Source: an uncultured Dysgonomonas sp.
Lineage (GTDB): Bacteria; Bacteroidota; Bacteroidia; Bacteroidales; Dysgonomonadaceae
Reading direction: 5' to 3'
NCBI RefSeq assembly: GCF_900079725.1
Contig: NZ_LT599032.1
Span: 1,170,871-1,234,870 of the forward strand
Length of the DNA: 64,000 bases
This document shows positions 9,275 through 18,151 of this stretch, piece by piece. Each line of letters begins with the position of its first letter. Within the stretch, counting starts at the first letter, position 1. The notes beneath the pieces are model-generated. The model was not told the DNA's origin. It saw only the letters and a program-made list of their open reading frames with translations, and made no database searches. The position numbers and the translations under genes were made by a program.

Positions 9275-10231
9275 ATGATAAAGATAATAAACGCAACATT
9301 ACAAATATTCTTAAAATCACGTTTGATCATCACAATCTTTCTTTTTTTGGCATGTGTATCGTCATGCGGGCTTTTCGATAAGGAAATCAAGCAAGACAAA
9401 CATATAGCTGAATTCAGATACCGGATGAACCGGATTATGGACAGTTTGGATAATCACAAGGAACGTATAAAAGCCTTTGAGAAGATCATTGAAAATATAG
9501 AGGCTGACGAAGACCTTATTACCCCCCGGAAAAAAAATATATTACTAGTAGAAGGAAATACCTTTATCAGCAATGAATACCTTAGCCTGGAGAACTATAA
9601 GAAAGCAATTAAATACACCAATATTATAATAGGAATAGACTCCACATCCCCAAAAGGATTTTATAACAGGGGCTGTATATATCAGATACTCGACGAAGAC
9701 AGTTTAGCCATACTTGACTATAACAAAGCATTAAAGCTAAACTCTGATTATTCGGACGCCTACTACAATCGTGGTATTATCTACGAAGAGTCTGGCAATT
9801 ATGATAAGGCGCTGGAAGATTACAACAGAGCCATTAAGCTGAACCCATCCTATATTATCGATGTATATACCAACCGAGGAAATACCTATCTGGCTAAAGA
9901 AGCCTATGACAAAGCAATCTCCGATTACGGTAAAATATTAAGTATAGACTCGGCCAATATAAAAGCATACAGCAACAGAGCCGGAGCTTACATCATACAG
10001 AAAGAATACGATAAGGCACTGATCGACTGCAACAAGGCCATCGCCTTAGACTCTACAAATATAAATGCCTACCAAAGACGGGCATCGATCTTCGAAGCAC
10101 AGAAAGAATATAGTCAAGCATTGGATGACTACGGAAAAATCCTTGCTCTCGATCCGCATGATAAGTTCGACACACACGAGACTGTAAGAAAAGCGATAAA
10201 GAAGCTAAGACCTCTCTCCAAGCACAAATAA
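9275..10231 (+). CDS. tetratricopeptide (TPR) repeat lipoprotein
   Basis: 318 aa with lipobox (VSSC) and at least six consecutive 34-aa TPR units (AYYNRGIIYEESGNYDKALEDYNRAIKLNP and similar). Confidence 0.85.
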   Translation: MIKIINATLQIFLKSRLIITIFLFLACVSSCGLFDKEIKQDKHIAEFRYRMNRIMDSLDNHKERIKAFEKIIENIEADEDLITPRKKNILLVEGNTFISNEYLSLENYKKAIKYTNIIIGIDSTSPKGFYNRGCIYQILDEDSLAILDYNKALKLNSDYSDAYYNRGIIYEESGNYDKALEDYNRAIKLNPSYIIDVYTNRGNTYLAKEAYDKAISDYGKILSIDSANIKAYSNRAGAYIIQKEYDKALIDCNKAIALDSTNINAYQRRASIFEAQKEYSQALDDYGKILALDPHDKFDTHETVRKAIKKLRPLSKHK

Positions 10232-10236
10232 GCCGC

Positions 10237-10818
10237 TTATTCATATCGGTAGTGCCCTGTTATTTTAAAACCAAAGAGACAATCTTCCAGTACCTGTCCT
10301 CTCCCTATATTGTGAACGATCAGGGGACGCTTACCATCCGAAGACATGCGGTCGGTAACGATTCCAATATGCGTGATGCTTCCCCCCAGATCCCACGTAA
10401 CTATATCTCCCGGCGAATAATCACTCCCTTTGTCCGATACCTTCAGTACAGTTCCAAAACGTGAAAAGTACATAGCCTGATTAGGAACCCGGCGGTGGTC
10501 AATATTCTTATCCGTACCCTTCAGCCCCCATTTTTTAGGATATTTGCTGAAGTTAGCTTTCATATCCACATGTATTTTTTGCTGCAAATCTATACCCAAT
10601 TTCCGGTATGCCCTTACAATCACATCCGTACACACACCTTTATCGGATGGCACATCCCCATTAGGATACGGGATAGAATAATAACGGGGATCGTAAGTGA
10701 CTTTATCTTTTGTCAACTCTATAGCTGCCGCCGACAAACGCTTGTAAAAATCTGCCTCCTGCGCATAAATACATAGATTAAGGAAAGAGAGCAAAAGTAA
10801 TATCTGTAGTCTTCTCAT
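10237..10818 (-). CDS. DUF1287-family secreted protein
   Basis: 193 aa with a signal peptide. Motifs YDPRYYSIPYPNGDVPSDKGVCTDVIVRAYR and NIDHRRVPN are typical of DUF1287. Confidence 0.75.
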   Translation of the reverse strand: MRRLQILLLLSFLNLCIYAQEADFYKRLSAAAIELTKDKVTYDPRYYSIPYPNGDVPSDKGVCTDVIVRAYRKLGIDLQQKIHVDMKANFSKYPKKWGLKGTDKNIDHRRVPNQAMYFSRFGTVLKVSDKGSDYSPGDIVTWDLGGSITHIGIVTDRMSSDGKRPLIVHNIGRGQVLEDCLFGFKITGHYRYE

Positions 10819-10833
10819 ACATGTGTAGTTTAA

Positions 10834-11826
10834 CTATAAATCACCTTCCTCACTATACACATCCATCTCCTCCAGATTACCTACAAAAGCAGAAACAACA
10901 TTATGCCATTCCTTCTCATACTTCAACAGATAACTCTCATGAGGCGAATCAGGGAATATCTTCAACTCTTTACGTTTGGAAGCAAGTCGGCCGAATATCC
11001 TTTCGGTTTCCTCTTCGGGAATGTTAGGATCTTTTCCTCCGCACATAAGCAATGCCGGAACATGAATCTTATCCGCATAATCCTGAGGATTGGCCTTAGA
11101 TGCATCGAACCCGTTAATCTTGCCAAACCAGAAAGTAAACATTCCGCTCACAGGAAAATGCGGCATGCGCAGTTTATCCAACCGGGCATTTACTGTCTCC
11201 TGAAATGTGGCATATGGCGCTTCTATAACAATGGCTTTTACCAACAGGTTATAATCGGCCTGTGCTTTCATTATGGCTACCGCTCCCATCGAAAAACCTA
11301 TCAGTATAATATTATCTTCCTGCAACTGGCTCACGGCATAGTTATGTGCATATTTTACATTCTCAGCTTCCATATAACCCAACGTAGTCTGGTTTCCATA
11401 AGAATCTCCTGCCCCCATAAAATTCACAAGCATAACATCATATCCCATATCCAGAAATACTTCCGCCCTATCTAGCATCGACGATTTTTCATCGATATAT
11501 CCATGAAATGCAATTACCAGGCCACGCTTCAGCCTATGTGTATGTAGTAACCATGCATCCAGCTGCCTACCCTCACCTGCCGGTATACGGAGCGAATCAT
11601 ATGGTTGTGAAGGAAATGATTTGGTGCGGGGTCTTGGTAAGTCTAATCCGGTTATCGCAATCTTAACCGACTCCAAAAATGTCGGCTTATAGTCCAGTGT
11701 TAACGGTCTGGCATTCTCATCGAAATGAGATAAACTATATGCCTGAGCAATTATGGCAACATTTAATAATATAAATATTGCAATTAATACTCCAAGCCCT
11801 ATTTTCAGATGCTTTTTATATTTCAT
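10834..11826 (-). CDS. alpha/beta-fold hydrolase with N-terminal membrane anchor
   Basis: 330 aa. Nucleophile elbow GFSMGA and C-terminal D/H residues (GGKDP, SPHESY). Confidence 0.8.
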   Translation of the reverse strand: MKYKKHLKIGLGVLIAIFILLNVAIIAQAYSLSHFDENARPLTLDYKPTFLESVKIAITGLDLPRPRTKSFPSQPYDSLRIPAGEGRQLDAWLLHTHRLKRGLVIAFHGYIDEKSSMLDRAEVFLDMGYDVMLVNFMGAGDSYGNQTTLGYMEAENVKYAHNYAVSQLQEDNIILIGFSMGAVAIMKAQADYNLLVKAIVIEAPYATFQETVNARLDKLRMPHFPVSGMFTFWFGKINGFDASKANPQDYADKIHVPALLMCGGKDPNIPEEETERIFGRLASKRKELKIFPDSPHESYLLKYEKEWHNVVSAFVGNLEEMDVYSEEGDL

Positions 11827-11856
11827 TATCAGGGTAATCCATAAATAGACTCAACC

Positions 11857-12627
11857 TTATTTGGTGTAGAACACAGGCGCAAAGTAAGGCCTGTTCACCC
11901 ATTTCCCGTTAAATGGATTCAGTTCGCGTATTACTCCGCCTTCTATTCCGAAGTTTTTGGTTATTTTCACTTCTATAGTGCCTCCATAATAAGTTTGCGG
12001 ATACATATTCATCAATGGCCCGGCCACTCCGTTACGATCTCCACTAACAGAATATTGTCCATAACCGTTCAGACGAATACGGTCATGCAAAATGAATTTT
12101 ACAGCACCGTTAACACCCACATCATTATAAGTAGCACCAAACAAATTATACTTTGCTCCGTATGGTCCGGCCGAAACAACCAGCCAGTCGAGAGGTTGAT
12201 AATTAAAATTCATCCCGACATTTCTTGTTGCCCCTACCAGAGGATATGTATTATAAGATGATGATGAAGACAACCACATCTGATCAGAAAGGATTTGCCC
12301 TCCATAAAAGCTAAAATCATTAGCGAACGGGAAACTTGTAAAGGTATTGCTTTCGAGTGGAGGTCCCAGATAAACATCTAACGGGGGCAAACTTACGTCC
12401 GGCAGCTGGTACATTTCATCCTCATTTATCAGAGGATGATAAAGAGAGGCTTTTGATTTAGCCTGATTAGTTGCATTCTGATTGTTGAGCTGCAAATAAT
12501 TATCAAGCTTTTCATTCAGGTTCAACGACTCTTTTTTCAAAGGAGGAAAACTATCCTTGGGCACCTCTGTCTGACTATACACAGTAGCAGAAATTGCCAG
12601 TAGTAATATAAAAACCAGTTTTTTCAT
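11857..12627 (-). CDS. secreted, possibly outer-membrane, protein of unknown function
   Basis: 256 aa with a signal peptide. The Gly/Tyr/Asn-rich C-terminal half shows alternating beta-strand-like patterning. Confidence 0.55.
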   Translation of the reverse strand: MKKLVFILLLAISATVYSQTEVPKDSFPPLKKESLNLNEKLDNYLQLNNQNATNQAKSKASLYHPLINEDEMYQLPDVSLPPLDVYLGPPLESNTFTSFPFANDFSFYGGQILSDQMWLSSSSSYNTYPLVGATRNVGMNFNYQPLDWLVVSAGPYGAKYNLFGATYNDVGVNGAVKFILHDRIRLNGYGQYSVSGDRNGVAGPLMNMYPQTYYGGTIEVKITKNFGIEGGVIRELNPFNGKWVNRPYFAPVFYTK

Positions 12628-12733
12628 AACCTTCCGTATTTAATTACTTTAACCGTAAAGTTAATAATTTATTGTTGTTAAAAAAAGCCTATTTGTTATT
12701 AAGTATATGTTTTTTCTTATTTTCCTAAAAGTG

Positions 12734-12880
12734 AAAAAGGTAACAAAGGTAACACAGAAAACAATTAATAATTAAGAATGAAAAATTAATAATTAGCTTG
12801 TCATGCTGAGCCGTGCGAAGCATCTCGCCAGAGAACAGTCATCGGTTAATAACTCGTCTACTCGTATCTAATATAACTTA
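12734..12880. repeat. mosaic intergenic repeat copy
   Basis: Contains AAAAAGGTAACAAAGGTAACAC, five AAT-type heptamers (12763-12797), a half core TTGTCATGCTGAG...GAAGCATCTCG (12798-12827), and CTCGTCTACTCGTATCT. Each of these also occurs at other loci in the window. Confidence 0.65.
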
Positions 12881-12890
12881 CAGCTTCCCT

Positions 12891-13601
12891 TCAATCCGTT
12901 CTTGATGTATATCCCGGCGGCAGAAACGGATAGGAATTCAGCTTGGGCTTCTCTACCGGAGGGGCAGATAGTTGAGCGACAAGTGGCTGTTCCATAACTT
13001 GCCCTTGCTCCATCTTCTCTTGCCCATTTGCCACTTTTCGTTCTTCACTTTTCGCTTTGCTTTCCTCTTCCAGTTTCCTATCTACAGCAGTAACTACCTC
13101 CGGATTGAGCGAACCGCCCGAACGGAAGCCATTCTCCTGTAATATCATCAGCTCACGTTTGGTTTCCTCATCCTGTACTTCGATGACCAGCGGACGGCGC
13201 TCCGATGCTAGTAAGCGGTCTTTGTCTTTTTTCCTTTCCTCCCGGTCGAGGACATACTTTATAGCACGGATGCTTGGCGGACAGAATTTCTTTTCCACTA
13301 CACGGCATTTCTCCACATCGTTTACCGGATCATTCTTATCAGGGACATAGGTGATCTTCTCTTTTTTCTGCACATAGCCCTCTAACAGTTGCTTCAGCCC
13401 TATCCGTGCCGAGGCTATCATTACATCTTCGCGGTGGTCGATAGCTTCTTCCACTGCTTCACCGAAATCAGGCTTTGTCTTTTTCCATTCGTAAAATGTC
13501 TTCCGGCTGATTTTAAATGATTTGCAGATTTCAGATATGCTGCACAAGTCCTGCTCTATCATCCGGATAATTTCTGAGGCTGTTTTTTCTTTATACTTCA
13601 T
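12891..13601 (-). CDS. HTH DNA-binding protein resembling phage terminase small subunits (orphan)
   Basis: 236 aa. N-terminal HTH (ISEICKSFKISRKTFYEWKK), then a helical and charged region. Coding potential is good, but the functional call is only by architecture. Confidence 0.45.
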   Translation of the reverse strand: MKYKEKTASEIIRMIEQDLCSISEICKSFKISRKTFYEWKKTKPDFGEAVEEAIDHREDVMIASARIGLKQLLEGYVQKKEKITYVPDKNDPVNDVEKCRVVEKKFCPPSIRAIKYVLDREERKKDKDRLLASERRPLVIEVQDEETKRELMILQENGFRSGGSLNPEVVTAVDRKLEEESKAKSEERKVANGQEKMEQGQVMEQPLVAQLSAPPVEKPKLNSYPFLPPGYTSRTD

Positions 13602-13800
13602 AAGGCTTAAATTTTTCGGCTCCTAATCCCCCGAAAGAAACTATGGCAAGCCGTATTTGTTAATAAATAAAGCCATTAACTAATAGCTCTTTTACTATAG
13701 ATAAATAAATTTAAACTTGATTATACCTTAGCAATAAATATATAAATATATTTATATATAACTATGATTTTTATTATTTTACAAATACATTAATAAACCT

Positions 13801-13808
13801 TATCTTTG
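13801..13808 (+). promoter_or_regulatory. candidate -7 box (TAtcTTTG) for the pirin gene
   Basis: Exact TAnnTTTG match 76 bp upstream of the ATG at 13885. Confidence 0.35.
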
Positions 13809-13884
13809 TACTGTAAAAAAACATTTTAGAATTCAAGATGTTTATATTCAAAAGATTTACACAATAAATAGAAAGGATCATTTT

Positions 13885-14607
13885 ATGAAAACAACATTAT
13901 ACCGTGCATCTTCGAGAGGACATGCTTATCATGGATGGCTGGACACCTACCATACATTCAGTTTTGCTAATTATTACAATCCTGACCGTATCAATTTCGG
14001 AGCGCTTCGTGTAGTAAACGATGACATAGTAAAAGGAGGTGAAGGCTTCGGCACTCATCCTCACGACAATATGGAAATCGTATCCATACCCCTATATGGT
14101 GATCTTGAGCACAAAGACAGCATGGGACATACCGAAGTGATACGTGCCGGAGAAGTACAGGTAATGAGTGCGGGAACAGGTATTACCCACAGCGAGTACA
14201 ATTCGAATGAGGATAAACCTGTCAATTTCTTTCAAATCTGGGTTTTTCCCGATAAGAGAAACGTAACACCACGCTACGACCAAAGGGCTTTTGACTATAT
14301 ACACAGCAAAAATCAGCTTGTACAGATAGTAGGGCCAAAGGATGACGCCGACAATACAGGTTTGTGGATACACCAGAATGCCTGGTTCAATATCGGTACA
14401 TTCGAAAAAGGAAAAGAGATAGAATATAAAATAAAAGGAAAAGGCAACGGTGTTTTCGCCATGGTAGTAGAAGGTGAGTTCACAGTAGAAGGACAGAAGC
14501 TGCACCACCGCGACGGCTTTGGCATACAAGATACCGATATGGTCAAAATAACGGCAGATTCTGATAATGCCCGCATCTTATTAATAGATGTGCCAATGGA
14601 ATTTTAA
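13885..14607 (+). CDS. pirin-family (bicupin) protein
   Basis: 240 aa. Cupin metal motif GFGTHPHDNMEIVSIPLYGDLEHKDSMG and an overall YhhW-like length. Confidence 0.9.
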   Translation: MKTTLYRASSRGHAYHGWLDTYHTFSFANYYNPDRINFGALRVVNDDIVKGGEGFGTHPHDNMEIVSIPLYGDLEHKDSMGHTEVIRAGEVQVMSAGTGITHSEYNSNEDKPVNFFQIWVFPDKRNVTPRYDQRAFDYIHSKNQLVQIVGPKDDADNTGLWIHQNAWFNIGTFEKGKEIEYKIKGKGNGVFAMVVEGEFTVEGQKLHHRDGFGIQDTDMVKITADSDNARILLIDVPMEF

Positions 14608-14640
14608 CGGTAGGTAATGTGTAAGGAGCAAACATGTGAT

Positions 14641-14669
14641 AGCCCGGAGAAAAACTCCGGGCTTTTTTT
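14641..14669 (+). terminator. rho-independent terminator after the pirin gene
   Basis: AGCCCGGAG (14641-14649) pairs with CTCCGGGCT (14655-14663), followed by a T7 run. Confidence 0.75.
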
Positions 14670-15492
14670 ATTTATTTTTATCCGAAGCTATAAAATCGTC
14701 ATTAAGCCTTTTCACCTTGCTCATCTTTATTTTGGCATCGTGACAGTATATAAGTGTATATCCTCCTTTTTCGGCATCTATAAGAAACCGTTCTTTCTCA
14801 GACAACGACGTTAGCGCACAAATATCATAAGCCGAAATCCATTCCAACGGCACATGAGCCGATGTAGGTATCAGGTCGCCGGGAAAAACATACATTCCGT
14901 CATCGCCATTGATGAATACAACCAACTGCCCTTCGCTATGTCCGTCGAAAAGCTGTAATTCAATCCCGTCGCACAGCAGCGTATCTTCATCTATTAAATG
15001 TAATTGCCCCGAATCGTACACAGGCAGGATATTATCTGCAAAAAGAGAATCCTTCTCCAAACGGTTAGATTTCAGAAAATTTGCCCACTGTTTACGGCTA
15101 AGCCAGTAACGGGCATTCGGAAAAGATGGAAGCAGCCGTCCTTTTTCATCTATACGGGTAGCACCTCCGCAATGATCGAAATGAAGATGCGTAAGCACCA
15201 CGTCAGTTATTTCACCGGCCGTATATCCTGATTCTTTTACAGACTCGTCCGCACACTTCAAATCATATGGACGGTAATAAGATACCTTGTCGAGATGCTT
15301 ATCTCCCATACCGGTGTCTATCAGTATCCGGCGATCCGCTGTAGTCGCCAATACACACCGCATAGCCAACGGACACAGGTTATCTGTATCGGCTGTATAT
15401 TTTCGCTGCCACGCACGCTTAGGTATGGCGCCGAACATGGCCCCACCGTCGGCCATAATATATCCTGCTTCTATAATCTTTATATCAAACAT
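14668..15492 (-). CDS. MBL-fold metallo-hydrolase
   Basis: HxHxDH motif (THLHFDHCGG). I prefer the ATG at 15492 (MFDIKIIEAG...) to the track start at 15555, which adds 21 poorly coding residues. Confidence 0.85.
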   Translation of the reverse strand: MFDIKIIEAGYIMADGGAMFGAIPKRAWQRKYTADTDNLCPLAMRCVLATTADRRILIDTGMGDKHLDKVSYYRPYDLKCADESVKESGYTAGEITDVVLTHLHFDHCGGATRIDEKGRLLPSFPNARYWLSRKQWANFLKSNRLEKDSLFADNILPVYDSGQLHLIDEDTLLCDGIELQLFDGHSEGQLVVFINGDDGMYVFPGDLIPTSAHVPLEWISAYDICALTSLSEKERFLIDAEKGGYTLIYCHDAKIKMSKVKRLNDDFIASDKNK

Positions 15493-15642
15493 ACCCCTAA
15501 AGATATAAAAAAGAAAGAGACGGTTCTCACAACCACCTCTTCCAGACCTTAACACTAATATAAAACTAACATATACTATGATTAAAAAACAGGTAATAAA
15601 AAATCAACTAAACAATCTATCTAACACACTATGAAAAAAGTA

Positions 15643-15942
15643 AGAACCTGTTTTGTAGATAGAACACTGATTAATATATCTTTGTTCAATCTTATTGTTA
15701 TATATTTTATTTATTAAAGAATAAATACCATCTACACACATATTTAGGCTATTTATTTAAGTTCCTGTTTATATTTTATTCGTTCTAATTTTCAGAGCTG
15801 TTTTTAGGATAATTTGTTCTTCCAGAAGCGATAATAGCGGGCTATTCGAGTTGAGTGAAAGGATAAATTAGACAAAAAGAGACTGAAAATGGACGAAAAA
15901 AGAACTATAACAAAATATTTTGGTAAAATTTAAACAGGTTCT
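15643..15942. repeat. 11-bp perfect inverted repeat pair bracketing a 278-bp AT-rich segment (candidate invertible or structured segment)
   Basis: AGAACCTGTTT (15643-15653) is the reverse complement of AAACAGGTTCT (15932-15942). A nested IR pairs ATTTTCAG (15788-15795) with CTGAAAAT (15883-15890). Confidence 0.4.
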
Positions 15943-15962
15943 AACATTCACCATATATTATT

Positions 15963-15970
15963 TACCTTTG
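15963..15970 (+). promoter_or_regulatory. candidate -7 box (TAccTTTG) for the DUF4924 gene
   Basis: Exact TAnnTTTG match 77 bp upstream of the ATG at 16048, just outside the right inverted repeat. Confidence 0.35.
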
Positions 15971-16047
15971 TACAGAATTTATAAAATTGAAAATCTGCAA
16001 TAATATCAGTAATCAATTCATAACTTATAATTCATAATTACCATACA

Positions 16048-16593
16048 ATGCTTATAGCTAAAAAACTGAAAGAGGAAAACATAGGTGAATACCTTTTATA
16101 TATGTGGCAGGTAGAAGATATGATACGGGCCAACGGTTTCGATATCGACAAAATCGATGAACAGATTATATCCCGTTTCGATCAGCCGGATAATGTAAAA
16201 AAAGAAATAAGGGAATGGTACGGAAACCTTATCGGGATGATGCACAGGGAAGATGTCTCTCAGAACGGACATCTGATTATAAATAAAAATGTGATCTCAG
16301 AACTCACCGATCTACATCTCCGCCTGTTAAAGGCTCCGGATGAAAGTGATTATTCGGCAGCATATTACAAGACATTGCCATTCATTGTAGAATTGCGCTC
16401 CAAATCGCCAGACAAAAATATTCCGGAACTGGAAACATGTTTTGCAGCATTATACGGTTATTTGCTGATGAGATTGCAGAAGAAAGAAATTTCGGGTGAA
16501 ACACAGGCAGCTATATCGCAAATATCTTCATTTCTGCGTATCCTGTCACAGAAGTATAAGGCCGACAGAGATGGCAGCCTGAATATTCAGTAA
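16048..16593 (+). CDS. DUF4924-family protein
   Basis: 181 aa. The N-terminus (IAKKLKEENIGEYLLYMWQVEDMIRANGFDIDKI) is characteristic of the Bacteroidales DUF4924 family. Confidence 0.7.
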   Translation: MLIAKKLKEENIGEYLLYMWQVEDMIRANGFDIDKIDEQIISRFDQPDNVKKEIREWYGNLIGMMHREDVSQNGHLIINKNVISELTDLHLRLLKAPDESDYSAAYYKTLPFIVELRSKSPDKNIPELETCFAALYGYLLMRLQKKEISGETQAAISQISSFLRILSQKYKADRDGSLNIQ

Positions 16594-16594
16594 T

Positions 16595-16975
16595 CTAGTC
16601 CTTGTGCTTTTTTTCCCAAATACGACGGCGGATCAATGTATCGCCTATCAAAAGCAAGAGTACTACACACGCTATGGAGATAATTAACGGATCAAATTTC
16701 ATCTCGGGCATGGTAAATGTCAGATCAATTTCCACTGGTTTTAATTCCGGTATAGACACCACGCCGAATAGCCAGAAAATAAGAGCGGGAATACCGAGCA
16801 TCCCGATAATTCCTCCGGCAATAGCCAGAGTAGACTTCAAACTTCTCCGTTTAGTTTGCTTTGCAGCAGCTATATGGACATGCTTCATCAACCGGTTTTC
16901 GAAATCGGCTGATGGCTCGTCTAATTTCACTTCCTGAAATAAACTCCTGAGCTTGTCTTTTTCTTCTGCTTTCAT
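16595..16975 (-). CDS. small membrane protein, putative anti-sigma partner
   Basis: 126 aa with two or three TM helices. Its start overlaps the stop of the upstream ECF sigma gene by 4 nt. Confidence 0.55.
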   Translation of the reverse strand: MKAEEKDKLRSLFQEVKLDEPSADFENRLMKHVHIAAAKQTKRRSLKSTLAIAGGIIGMLGIPALIFWLFGVVSIPELKPVEIDLTFTMPEMKFDPLIISIACVVLLLLIGDTLIRRRIWEKKHKD

Positions 16976-17526
16976 AATTGTATGAGTTTATTTATTTCAA
17001 AGTTCATAAATTTTCTTATCCTGTGCAACTTTACTTTCACATTTGCGATACTGTTGTTCGTTATATCACTTATCTGCTGTATGCTCTGGTTGTTCAGATA
17101 AAACATCGAGATCAGCAAAGCATCGTCGGGAGGCAGCTTTTTGAGCACTATATCCAGATATTGCAATTTATCTTCAACACTTATTTCGTCAATTGTATCA
17201 GCTATTTCCGCATCGGGCATATTGGCAAAATTATCTTCTATGGCTGTAAATTCATGTTTCCGCTTGCGCAATTCCGATATCGTTGTATTATAAGCGATGC
17301 GGTATAGCCATGTAGCAAATTCAGACTCTTCACGAAATTTATCCAGAAACTGAAACGCCTTGATAAATACTTCCTGTGTAATATCTTCGGCGTCTACCTT
17401 GCGGGAAACGATTTTGCTGACAATGGTAAATACCATTCTCTGATAGCGGCGTACTATATGCACGAAAGCATCAGTATGACCATCTTTGATCCGGCGTACA
17501 TAATAAATGTCATCAAAATCTGCCAT
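16972..17526 (-). CDS. ECF-type RNA polymerase sigma-70 family factor
   Basis: Region 2 (DAEDITQEVFIKAF, ATWLYRIAYN) and a region 4 HTH (SIQQISDITNNSIANVKVKLHRIR). I prefer the ATG at 17526 (MADFDD...) to the TTG at 17544. Confidence 0.9.
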   Translation of the reverse strand: MADFDDIYYVRRIKDGHTDAFVHIVRRYQRMVFTIVSKIVSRKVDAEDITQEVFIKAFQFLDKFREESEFATWLYRIAYNTTISELRKRKHEFTAIEDNFANMPDAEIADTIDEISVEDKLQYLDIVLKKLPPDDALLISMFYLNNQSIQQISDITNNSIANVKVKLHRIRKFMNFEINKLIQL

Positions 17527-17558
17527 ACCCGTATGACGCAACAAGATTGAATAGGTTA

Positions 17559-17566
17559 CAAATGTA
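17559..17566 (-). promoter_or_regulatory. candidate -7 box (TAcaTTTG on minus strand) for the sigma operon
   Basis: Plus-strand CAAATGTA lies 32 bp upstream of the ATG at 17526. Confidence 0.4.
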
Positions 17567-17641
17567 AATGAAAAAATTTCAGAAAAACATTTTAAAGCTT
17601 ATAGCCACCATCTATCTATAACAATTATGACCTAATATAAT

Positions 17642-18151
17642 AGGGCAAACGCACGAAATAGAGGATTTTAGCCATTGGCCTCATTCACATTTATTAACTG
17701 CATATAGTTAAAACCTGACACATCTGACACTTTTGGGACTATTTCCGTACTGTCATTTTTACATCCATTAATCATATATAGTTAAAAGGTAACAAAGGTA
17801 ACAGTCTTTTTAGCCTTTGTGTCCTTTGTGATTTCCTTCGTGTACTTAGTGTTTAAAAACTCTTTACCACAAGAGGCGCAAAGATTTACACAAAGAACAC
17901 TATTTACAGTCAACAGTCAACAACTTGTATCTCGTACCTCGTCTACTCGTATCTCATATAACTTTCAACTTAGTACTTAAAACTCATTACTTGTTAAAAA
18001 GGTAACAAAGGTTACACTTTTTCTACTTATTCTTTTTACTCTCATTGTAAGTCCCCCCTGGGGCTATCAATACATCAAAGAACTATAAGCTAACAGCTAT
18101 CGATATAGATAAACTTTCTGCATAAAAACACATATTTCGTGCGTTTGCCCT
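17642..18151. mobile_element. MITE-like non-autonomous element (510 bp) with 19-bp perfect TIRs and a 10-bp target-site duplication
   Basis: The left end AGGGCAAACGCACGAAATA (17642-17660) is the exact reverse complement of the right end TATTTCGTGCGTTTGCCCT (18133-18151). The direct repeat CTAATATAAT lies at 17632-17641 and 18153-18162. There is no ORF with coding character inside. Confidence 0.7.

Noticed and set aside
12763-12797. Hypothesis that the short-period repeat arrays are three-frame stop-codon cassettes (translation insulators)
   Set aside because: Many units do contain TAA/TAG/TGA. When I assigned frames at 12763-12797, one frame reads TTA ATA ATT AAG AAT GAA AAA TTA ATA ATT AGC with no stop. 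At 62741-62766 the stops fall in only two of three frames. GTATCTC x4 has no stops on either strand. The idea does not hold generally.
13738-13759. 22-bp perfect palindrome ATATATAAATATATTTATATAT as an operator in the divergent promoter region
   Set aside because: It consists only of A and T in an extremely AT-rich spacer, so such palindromes arise easily by chance. I mention it only as context.
12628-13884. Prophage or integrated element around the terminase-small-subunit-like gene
   Set aside because: No integrase, other phage structural genes, tRNA target or flanking direct repeats. The neighbours are ordinary chromosomal genes.
14668-15555. Track N-terminal extensions: 15555 for the MBL gene, 32470 for the membrane protein, TTG 17544 (sigma), TTG 51177 (miaA), TTG 60734 (sdhA), TTG 62775 (four-helix-bundle gene)
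   Set aside because: In each case an in-frame ATG slightly downstream gives the family-typical N-terminus. The extension either overlaps a terminator (32466-32493) or adds non-conserved residues.
15631-15717. 28-codon ORF (MKKVRTCFVDRTLINISLFNLIVIYFIY) overlapping the left inverted repeat
   Set aside because: It is too short, has no recognisable ribosome-binding context, and lies in AT-rich spacer. I have no support beyond an ATG.
17781-18020. CRISPR array, because of repeated GGTAACAAAGGTAAC words
   Set aside because: There are only two or three copies per locus, the spacing is irregular, the intervening sequence is itself repeated at other loci, and there are no cas genes. This is not CRISPR architecture.
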